Under the pieces are notes generated by a model. That model had not been told where the DNA came from, made no database searches, and saw nothing but the letters and a program-made list of their open reading frames with translations. Made by a program: the position numbers and the translations under genes. A stretch of 25,972 nucleotides of DNA. Origin: Pseudomonadota bacterium (GTDB taxonomy: Bacteria > Pseudomonadota > Alphaproteobacteria > Rhodospirillales > UBA2165). Shown here piece by piece: positions 8,619-15,938 of this stretch (the first letter of the stretch is position 1; every line of letters begins with the position of its first letter). The DNA lies in the NCBI GenBank assembly GCA_027592155.1, contig JAQCKY010000001.1, positions 1-25,972 of the forward strand, in the 5' to 3' direction.

Positions 8619-9664
8619 ATGGATACGCAAGTCGTACGCCTGACGTCTCTTTCTCACGGCGGCGGTTGAGGCTGCAAGATAGCACCGTCGGTGCTTGAAG
8701 AGTTGCTTTCCCAACTGCCCACACAATACACCGACCCGAATATGTTGGTGGGAACCGCGACCGCCGATGATGCGGCGGTCTATCGCCTGAACGACGATCA
8801 GGCGATCATCGCCACGACGACTTTTTCATGCCCATCGTCGACGATCCGTTCGACTACGGCCGGATGGCGGCGGCAAACGCGCTGTCCGACGTCTATGCCA
8901 TGGGCGGCAAACCGCTGTTCGCGTTGGTGGTTGCCGGTGTTCCGGTCGGCAAACTGCCGGTCGAAACCGTGCAACGCATCTTTGCCGGTGGGTATGAGGT
9001 TTGTGCGCAAGCCGGCGTACCCGTTGCCGGAGGACACACCATCGACATCACCGAGCCGATCTATGGTTTGGTCGCCATCGGCGTCGTTCATCCCGATAAA
9101 ATCCGCCGCAACGGCGATGCCCAGGACGGAGACGTTCTGGTCCTTGGCAAGCCTCTCGGGATTGGCATCCTGGGCGCGGCGGAGAACAAGGGTGAACTCG
9201 ACCCTGAAGGCTATCGACAGATGGTCGACACAGCTTCCCGGTTGAACGCGGTGGGTATCGATCTGACCGAGCTCGATGGCGTTCACGCGATCACCGATGT
9301 CACCGGGTTCGGTATTCTGGGGCATATGCTGGAAATCTGCCGAGGCTCAGATCTCGCCGGGTCCATCAACTTCGACGATCTGCCGATCCTGCCGGCGGCA
9401 CGCGACTATGCCGCCAAGGGCTACAACACCGGCGCGGCGGGCCGCAACTGGGCCAGCTATGTGGACAGCGTCGATGTGCCGGACCGTTTGTCGGAATACG
9501 ACATCAACATTCTCCGCGACCCGCAAACCAGCGGCGGCTTGCTGGTGGCCTGTGCGCCGTCGGCCGTCGACAGCGTGCTCAAGACCTTCCACGATCAGGG
9601 CCATGCCGAGGCGGCCGTGATCGGGTCTCTCGCTGCAGGCGATCCCCGGATCAACGTGGTTTAA
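8619..9664 (+). CDS. selD: Selenide, water dikinase (selenophosphate synthetase) with in-frame TGA at codon 17 (probable selenocysteine) and a 1-nt frameshift near 8819
   Basis: From ATG 8619 (GGAG at 8606-8609): [32 protein letters not shown]...DDAAVYRL...ATT; continues one base back as [14 protein letters not shown]...[12 protein letters not shown]...GGHT...TDVTGFG...DPQTSGGLL. Restoring one base gives 348 aa. Confidence 0.93.
8667..8695 (+). promoter_or_regulatory. UGA plus candidate bacterial SECIS hairpin
   Basis: TGA at 8667-8669; stem AGCACC (8681-8686) / GGTGCT (8690-8695) with loop GTC starting with G, 17 nt after the TGA. Confidence 0.6.
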
Positions 9665-9683
9665 GACGAAGTTCGCGGTTACG

Positions 9684-9790
9684 CATCCTCCCGCCTGCGC
9701 GAAGCCCGCTTCGGCGGGCGAAGGCAGGTCGACAAGCTCAGGATGAGGAGGCCTATTTTCACCCTCATGCTGAGCCTGTCGAAGCATGAG
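9684..9790. repeat. REP-like palindrome doublet, copy 2 (left arm interrupted)
   Basis: Right arm 9760-9790 is the reverse complement of 6297-6327 at 30/31 nt; left arm is CATCCT (9684-9689) + insert + TCGACAAGCTCAGGATGAG (9729-9747); sits between convergent selD and cytochrome c genes. Confidence 0.85.
9690..9728. repeat. 39-bp palindromic element nested inside the REP-like arm
   Basis: CCCGCCTGCGCGAAGCCCGCTTCGGCGGGCGAAGGCAGG with inner GCCCGC-TTCG-GCGGGC hairpin and outer CCTGC/GCAGG pairing; removing it restores CATCCTTCGACAAGCTCAGGATG. Confidence 0.7.
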
Positions 9791-9823
9791 GTGCCGTTCG
9801 TATCTCTAATGCCGCCCGTAACT

Positions 9824-10315
9824 CTAATAATGTGAATGGATGCCGCCGACAAAGCTGGCGAGGGCTTGGCGTTTGCGAATGTCGTCCGGCCAACGGCTTT
9901 TGATATAGGCCAATATTGCCCAGATCTCGTCTTTGCTTAGCTTTTTCTCATAGCCGGGCATGCCGCTTTTAAACCCGCGTGGCGCGTTGGCTTGTCCTCC
10001 CCAGCGCACATAATCGAACAACTCCCGGTCGGAATGTTCCCAGATATGGCCGTTACGGTCCTGCGGCGGTGCAGGATAGGTGCCGTCCGCTTTTTTGGTT
10101 TCCCAATTAGGCTCACCCTCCAGGTTCTCGCCATGGCATTTAGCGCAGTGCCGCAGATGCAAGGTCTGGCCCCGGGCTACCAGCTCGGTATCATTGGGAT
10201 CGGTGCGGGCCGTGATCTTTCCACTGACCAGCAAGAATATGCCCGCCAGTCCCGCGATGACGATATAAGCGGCAAATCCCAGCGCCAGGTTGCGGTATAG
10301 TTTATCTTGGGCCAC
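9824..10315 (-). CDS. Membrane-anchored monoheme c-type cytochrome
   Basis: N-terminal hydrophobic segment, CAKCH heme motif, GENLEGEPNW, distal SGMPGY, EIWAILAYIKSRWP; GTG start. Confidence 0.88.
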   Translation of the reverse strand: MAQDKLYRNLALGFAAYIVIAGLAGIFLLVSGKITARTDPNDTELVARGQTLHLRHCAKCHGENLEGEPNWETKKADGTYPAPPQDRNGHIWEHSDRELFDYVRWGGQANAPRGFKSGMPGYEKKLSKDEIWAILAYIKSRWPDDIRKRQALASFVGGIHSHY

Positions 10316-10458
10316 GTCGGATTCCGTTCTGCGTTTTGTGAGTCATCCTATGCGCTGAAATCGGGCTCGCGTAGCACAAAGTAAGTTTCGAACGGCTCGC
10401 GTTTTTTGTTTATCTCGCGTACCCTGAGGGAAACTATCAATCCTAAGGAGCGCCGCCC

Positions 10459-11424
10459 ATGACGCTGAATATGACCCGGTTCCACCTTATTTCGGCGATC
10501 TCGCTGATCCTGGCAATTTCCGTAATGCCGGCGAACGCTCAGCAACGTTATGAACCTTGGCAGAACCCGGACGGCTCCCAACGATCGGCGGGACAGCTTG
10601 AAGAGTTTATCAACCAGCTCAACGGCCTGATCGATACTGCGGAACGGGACCGCGCGGCGAACCCACGGTTCTTGCGCGATCTTCGAGATTTAACAAACGA
10701 GTACCAGCCGCAAGGATTTCATCGGGCTTGGCCGGACGTGTTGCTGGATGACGATTTCAGCGACGGTGACTACCAGTATAATCCAGTCTGGCAGGTCAGC
10801 GGCGGGCGGTTTTGGATCGAAAAAAGCTACGGTCTTAGAAGCAGCCTCGCTCAATCCGATCAGAACCGGCAATCCGACGATACGAGGTCCCGCGATAACA
10901 AAGATGCCGCCGCCCAGATACTCGGCAGCATTCTCAATCAAGCGCTCGGCGGCGGTCGCGGGCAATCCCAACAAGATCAAACGAGTGCGTCTTCTCCGGT
11001 CGGTCTTGCGGCGATCAGCACGGATACGCCGATCAGCAATTCTTTTTCCATACGCCTTGAGATGACATCCTGGAAAAACCAGGGGGAGTTCTTCATGGGT
11101 CCCTATCAGGGCGCGCAACGGGACGCCGGTTACCGGCTGGTCTACCGGGTGGGCTAAGTTCCTTCGGTGCAAATCTTGCGGGTCTCGTCGCGGGGCACGG
11201 CGGTCATCGGCTCCTACCATCAATCCTTAAAGCTTGAGGATCAAAAGCCCCATGTCATCAAGTGGACCCGGGACCAAGCCGGCGTCATGACGGTCGAGAT
11301 CGATGACCGAGAGATAATTCAGGTCACCGATCAAGGGTTCCGCGACCGCTTCAATGGCTTTAAAATGGCCAACGGGGGTGGCGATTATATCGTCCGGCGC
11401 GTCACGATTCAGGGGTCACGGTAA
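10459..11424 (+). pseudogene. Exported hypothetical protein interrupted by one in-frame TAA (11155-11157)
   Basis: ORFs 10459-11157 and 11167-11424 are in the same frame and read as one protein (GYRLVYRVG*VPSVQILRV...); signal peptide ending ANA/QQ; AAGGAG site before 10459, none before 11167. Confidence 0.7.
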
Positions 11425-11458
11425 AAAGAATCTTTTGATTCCAAGTGCTTGCCGGAAG

Positions 11459-11474
11459 TGTGATCTAGGTCACT
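11459..11474. promoter_or_regulatory. CRP-family (TGTGA-N6-TCACA type) binding site candidate
   Basis: TGTGATCTAGGTCACT matches the E. coli CRP consensus core TGTGATCTAGATCACA at 14/16. Confidence 0.55.
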
Positions 11475-11505
11475 GCCAATCTCGGGAAAAACGGCGATAC
11501 TCTAA

Positions 11506-11560
11506 ATCCTCCTAAACACTCCTCGCCCGCCTGGCAGTAATCAGCCCGGCGGGTTTTTTT
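11506..11560 (+). ncRNA. Candidate small RNA with two anti-Shine-Dalgarno motifs
   Basis: GATACT (-10-like) at 11496-11501, TCCTCCT at 11507-11513, CTCCTC at 11519-11524, then an intrinsic terminator. Not matched to a named family. Confidence 0.4.
11526..11560 (+). terminator. Intrinsic terminator
   Basis: CCCGCC-T-GGC / GCC-C-GGCGGG stem (6 bp, mismatch, 3 bp) followed by T7 at 11554-11560. Confidence 0.8.
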
Positions 11561-11588
11561 ATGGGATCGCGGCGTTGCCTCGTCGGGC

Positions 11589-12440
11589 CTATTCGTCGGT
11601 GACGCCGTTGCGTAGAATTCCGATCCCATCGATCTCCATCTCCATGACATCGCCGGGTTTCAGAAAGATACCGGCATCCCGGCGCGGCCGCACCCCGCCT
11701 GGGGAGCCGGTCGAGATTACGTCTCCGGCCCGCAATGTCGTGAAGGTGGAGAGGTAGGCGATAATCGCCGGGATCGAAAAGATCATGTCCTTCGTCGAGC
11801 CGTCTTGGATTGTCTCGCCGTTGATCCGTTGCTGAATGCGAAGGTTGGCGGGGTCATTGATTTCATCCGCCGTAACGATCCAAGGGCCAAAGGATCCGCT
11901 GGCCTCGAAGTTCTTGCCCGGTGTGACATTACGGCTTGTGTGATCCATCCAGTCGGGAATCGAGGAATCGTTGAAGATCGAATATCCGGCGATGTGGGCC
12001 AAGGCTTCGGATTCAGGGATATGGCGGCCCGTTTTACCGATGACCAGGGCAAGCTCCGCCTCGCAATCGAAATTATGGGATGCGGCGGGCCGCACCATCG
12101 GGACGTCATGGCCGACCTGGGAACTGTTGCGGCGCATGAAGATCGAGGGGTAGCCGACAAAGTCGCTGTCCATCTCTTGGAACGCCGTCCCAAAATTGCG
12201 CCCGACGACCAAAATCGACTCCGAAGGCCGGATCGGCGGCAAAAAAGTGACGGCGGATAATGCGATCTCCGGCGAGAGGTTGTCGGTCGTGGCGGCGAGC
12301 TCATCCAACGCGCCGGCTTCAACGACAGCGCGGACATCGGCGTAGCCGCCGCCCAGCCGCGATTTGGCATCGACGATACCGTCCTCTTGTACGACGCCGA
12401 AGCTGGTGTCTCCCTGGAAGAGGTAACTTGCGATTTTCAC
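11589..12440 (-). CDS. Fumarylacetoacetate hydrolase family protein
   Basis: FLPPI, DCEAELALVIGK, GYSIFND, GKNF, TLRAGDVISTGSPGGV; GTG start 12 nt after the upstream gene's stop. Confidence 0.92.
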   Translation of the reverse strand: MKIASYLFQGDTSFGVVQEDGIVDAKSRLGGGYADVRAVVEAGALDELAATTDNLSPEIALSAVTFLPPIRPSESILVVGRNFGTAFQEMDSDFVGYPSIFMRRNSSQVGHDVPMVRPAASHNFDCEAELALVIGKTGRHIPESEALAHIAGYSIFNDSSIPDWMDHTSRNVTPGKNFEASGSFGPWIVTADEINDPANLRIQQRINGETIQDGSTKDMIFSIPAIIAYLSTFTTLRAGDVISTGSPGGVRPRRDAGIFLKPGDVMEMEIDGIGILRNGVTDE

Positions 12441-12452
12441 TCGAGTGCCCCC

Positions 12453-13028
12453 CTAGCCGCTGACAATCGGAAATTTGGTGATCCAGTTCACGAAGATGGC
12501 CAGCGACCATTCGATCGCCACGATCGCGATCGCCATCCCGGTGGTCAGGTCGAGGGCCGTCCGCGCGACGAACCAGCTATAGCCCATGATGGCGAGGAGA
12601 ATGACGACCTGGAGGGGCAGTGCCAGTGCCGAAGGGATCACGCCGCCTTGGGCCAGGATGACGAAGGATATGAAAACCAGGTTCTGCCAGACTTGTGCCC
12701 AGTTATAGGCGACGATATAGCCGATATATTTGTCCGTACAGTCCAAGGCATCGGTGACGTTGATCATCACCAGCGGGAAAATAAACAGGGCAATGACGAA
12801 GGCGACCCCTTGGATCGTGAAGAACCGAACCGCGGATAGCGTCGGTTCTCCGGTCGTGAAGTCGACCAGCAGAAGCAGAAAGAACATCGGCGCGATCAGG
12901 AGACCGGCATAAAAGGAACGCCAGAACCCGCGAATGGTTTTGTCGAAATAAGCCATGCCGCCGGCGTCGAGCCGTGCGAGGCGATAAGCGCCGAAAAGAC
13001 CAGCCAGGACTTCTTTTTGAGTGATCAT
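12453..13028 (-). CDS. Hypothetical integral membrane protein
   Basis: 191 aa with about five hydrophobic segments; ATG overlaps the dapE stop (ATGA), implying translational coupling. Confidence 0.8.
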   Translation of the reverse strand: MITQKEVLAGLFGAYRLARLDAGGMAYFDKTIRGFWRSFYAGLLIAPMFFLLLLVDFTTGEPTLSAVRFFTIQGVAFVIALFIFPLVMINVTDALDCTDKYIGYIVAYNWAQVWQNLVFISFVILAQGGVIPSALALPLQVVILLAIMGYSWFVARTALDLTTGMAIAIVAIEWSLAIFVNWITKFPIVSG

Positions 13029-14176
13029 TCCGTTGGGAAATATCGGTTAAGGACATTTAAATATACCGCGGTCAGCGTTTCGATGTCCTTCACCTCTATG
13101 TGTTCGTCGGCTTTATGCATGCTGGCGCCGACGAGGCCGAATTCCGCCACCGGACAATGATCCTTGATAAAACGGGCGTCCGAGGTGCCGCCCGAGGTGC
13201 TGAGCTCAGGCGTGCGGCCGATAACCGTCTCCACCGCGCCGACCAGGATGTCGCTCAATTGACCGGGAGGGGTCAGGAACGCCTCGCCCGAGACATGGAT
13301 ATCCAGCATGTAATCGCCGCCAATGGCATCGAAGGTGTCACGCAGCCATTTGGTCAATGTTTCCGACGTATGGATATCATTGTAGCGGATATTGAACGTC
13401 GCCGTTGCCGTGCCGGGAATGACATTGGTCGCCGGATTGCCGACATCGACGGTTGAGACCTGCAAGGTCGTGGCCTGAAAATGGTCGGTGCCGTCATCGA
13501 GGGCCCCCTCGGTGATCGCGGCCAGCATCGTCACCAGCCGGTGGATCGGATTATCCGCCAAGTGGGGATAGGCGGTGTGACCCTGAATGCCTTGAACCGT
13601 CAGGGTGCCGTTGAGGCTGCCGCGCCGGCCGATTTTGACCATCTCGCCCATTTCCGACGGGTTGGTCGGCTCTCCGACCAGACAGACATCCAGCTTTTCG
13701 CCGTTCTCGTCGAGCCAGCCCAGCATCTTTTTGGTGCCGTTGACCGCCGGGCCTTCTTCGTCGCCGGTGATCAACAGGCTGATCGATCCGCCGAAATCGG
13801 CCCCGCGGGCCTCGATGAATTGTGCTGCCGCAGCCGAGAAACAGGCAACCGAAGCCTTCATATCCGAAGCGCCCCGGCCATAGAGCTTGCCGTCCTTTAT
13901 CTCCGCCGCGAAGGGATCGACCGACCAGGCGTCCCGATCACCGACCGGCACGACGTCGGTATGGCCCGCATAACAAAAATTCGGCGCGCCCGTGCCGAAC
14001 CGGGCATAGAGGTTGTCAACGTCCGCCGCGCCATCCTCGGAAAAGGGTAATCTGTGACAAACAAAACCAATGTCCCCCAGTGCTTTTTGGAGGACATCCA
14101 AAGCCCCTTCATTGGCGGGGGTGACGCTGGGACAGCGGATCAGCGCTTGGGAGAGGGCGAGCGCATCCACGGCCAT
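13025..14176 (-). CDS. dapE: Succinyl-diaminopimelate desuccinylase
   Basis: [46 protein letters not shown]; adjacent to dapD. Confidence 0.96.
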   Translation of the reverse strand: MAVDALALSQALIRCPSVTPANEGALDVLQKALGDIGFVCHRLPFSEDGAADVDNLYARFGTGAPNFCYAGHTDVVPVGDRDAWSVDPFAAEIKDGKLYGRGASDMKASVACFSAAAAQFIEARGADFGGSISLLITGDEEGPAVNGTKKMLGWLDENGEKLDVCLVGEPTNPSEMGEMVKIGRRGSLNGTLTVQGIQGHTAYPHLADNPIHRLVTMLAAITEGALDDGTDHFQATTLQVSTVDVGNPATNVIPGTATATFNIRYNDIHTSETLTKWLRDTFDAIGGDYMLDIHVSGEAFLTPPGQLSDILVGAVETVIGRTPELSTSGGTSDARFIKDHCPVAEFGLVGASMHKADEHIEVKDIETLTAVYLNVLNRYFPTE

Positions 14177-14180
14177 GCGC

Positions 14181-15020
14181 CTAATCCCGCAACAGATCGT
14201 TGATGGAGGTCTTGGACCGGGTTCCTTCGTCGACGCGCTTGACGATCACGGCACAATAGAGGCTCGGCCCCGGATCGCCGTTGGGCAGCGGTTTGCCGGG
14301 GAGCGTCCCGGGTACCACGACCGAATAGGCCGGCACGCGACCATACATGATCTCACCGGTGCTCCGGTCGACGATTTTGGTGGAGTTTCCGATAAAGACG
14401 CCCATCGACAGCACCGAGCCGGTCTCGACGATGACCCCCTCGGCGACCTCTGAGCGGGCGCCGACAAAGCAGTTGTCTTCAATGATGACCGGATCGGCCT
14501 GCAAGGGCTCCAGCACGCCACCGATACCGGCCCCGCCGGAGATGTGACAATCTTTGCCGATTTGCGCGCAGGAGCCGACAGTGGCCCAGGTATCGATCAT
14601 CGATCCTGAATCCACATAGGCGCCGAGATTGACGAAGGACGGCATCAGAACCACGCCGGGCGCGATATAGGCCGATTTGCGTACCACACAGTTCGGCACG
14701 GCGCGAAAGCCCGCATCCCTGAAACGGTTTTCGCCCCAGCCGTCAAACTTGGATGGCACTTTGTCCCACCAGGTGCCCTTGCCGGGTCCGCCGTCGATTG
14801 TTTCCATGTCGTTGAGCCGGAAGGATAGCAACACGGCTTTTTTCAGCCACTGATTGACCTTCCAGTTACCGTCAATTTTTTCCGCAACCCGGGCCTTGCC
14901 GCTGTCCAATACCTCTAGAGCGGCTTCAACGGAGTCGCGCACCTCACCTTTGGTGGCCGGATAAATATTGTCACGGTCTTCCCAGGCAGCGTCGACGGCG
15001 GATTCTAGTTCATTACTCAT
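14181..15020 (-). CDS. dapD: Tetrahydrodipicolinate N-succinyltransferase
   Basis: [61 protein letters not shown]. Confidence 0.98.
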   Translation of the reverse strand: MSNELESAVDAAWEDRDNIYPATKGEVRDSVEAALEVLDSGKARVAEKIDGNWKVNQWLKKAVLLSFRLNDMETIDGGPGKGTWWDKVPSKFDGWGENRFRDAGFRAVPNCVVRKSAYIAPGVVLMPSFVNLGAYVDSGSMIDTWATVGSCAQIGKDCHISGGAGIGGVLEPLQADPVIIEDNCFVGARSEVAEGVIVETGSVLSMGVFIGNSTKIVDRSTGEIMYGRVPAYSVVVPGTLPGKPLPNGDPGPSLYCAVIVKRVDEGTRSKTSINDLLRD

Positions 15021-15045
15021 AGCAAATTCCTCAAATTAGGCCGCG

Positions 15046-15074
15046 AAAATGCGGCAGCGGATGGGCCCTGTCAA
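15046..15074 (-). promoter_or_regulatory. Sigma-70 type promoter candidate for dapD-dapE
   Basis: Minus strand TTGACA-N17-CATTTT, ending 26 nt upstream of the dapD ATG. Confidence 0.6.
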
Positions 15075-15114
15075 TCACCACCCCGTGTGACCGCGAGCAA
15101 TCAGGCGGCCATTT

Positions 15115-15831
15115 CTAGGCGACCACCTCGGCGAGCCATTTGGTCAAGTCATCGGATACAAAATCCGGATTCACGGTTTCGGCGTCGGCGGCGGCCCAGG
15201 GGCGGTCGGTCGTAATCCAGACCGTGGTCATGCCCAAGGCGGCGGCGGGTGCCAGATTACGGGCGACATCTTCGACCATGACGGCGCCTTTAGGGTCAAA
15301 ATCGAACTCAGAAATTAGCTGGTGATAGGGTTTGTGATCCGGCTTCGGGATATAATCGGCGTCGACGATGTCGAAGATGGTTTCGAAATGGTCGCTGATC
15401 TCGATCCGGTCCAGAACCCGGCGCGCGTAAGGGCCGGCGGCATTGGTAAATACAACCTTGCGCCCCGGCAACTTGCTCAATGAATCCGCGAGGCTTTTGT
15501 TGGCCGGCACAACCGAGAAGTCGATGTCGTGGACATAATCGAGATAGTGGTCCGGGTCCATGTTATGCTCGTTCATCATGCCCGCCAGGGTCGTGCCATG
15601 TTCCCGAAAATACTGTTTTTGGATCTTATAAGCCTCTTGCGCGTCGATTTTTAGAAACTCGGCGACAAATTGGCACATCCGCCGGTCGATCTGATCGAAG
15701 AGGCGAATCGATGCGGGATAGAGGGTATTATCCAGATCGAATACCCAAGTCTCCACATCGCGCAGATCCGCAGGCTCGGTCCGGTTAATCCGGGAATGTC
15801 TTTCAGATTCAATAGATTTGGCCATCGTCAC
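15115..15831 (-). CDS. HAD-superfamily pyrimidine 5'-nucleotidase
   Basis: WVFDLDNTLY motif I, VFTNA, YIPKPD, MVEDVARNL; start may be the ATG at 15825. Confidence 0.9.
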   Translation of the reverse strand: MTMAKSIESERHSRINRTEPADLRDVETWVFDLDNTLYPASIRLFDQIDRRMCQFVAEFLKIDAQEAYKIQKQYFREHGTTLAGMMNEHNMDPDHYLDYVHDIDFSVVPANKSLADSLSKLPGRKVVFTNAAGPYARRVLDRIEISDHFETIFDIVDADYIPKPDHKPYHQLISEFDFDPKGAVMVEDVARNLAPAAALGMTTVWITTDRPWAAADAETVNPDFVSDDLTKWLAEVVA

Positions 15832-15938
15832 GCGTTTAGGTTATGAGTTAATCTGGTAATTGGGCGGCGAAAGCCCGATTTCTAAGTCAGGCGGCGTGGG
15901 TCGTTCCGCTGACATACTGGGGACAGCAGCGAAGATCA

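Noticed and set aside
8811-8830. Programmed ribosomal frameshift or transcriptional slippage in selD
   Set aside because: T5 is short for polymerase slippage, there is no canonical slippery heptamer, and the slip product would lose the conserved Asp.
6297-9790. CRISPR array or insertion sequence ends
   Set aside because: Only four arms in two doublets 3.4 kb apart, with no regular spacers, cas genes or transposase.
15836-15862. CtrA box upstream of the EAL gene
   Set aside because: One TTAA is present but no second half-site at 7-bp spacing on either strand.
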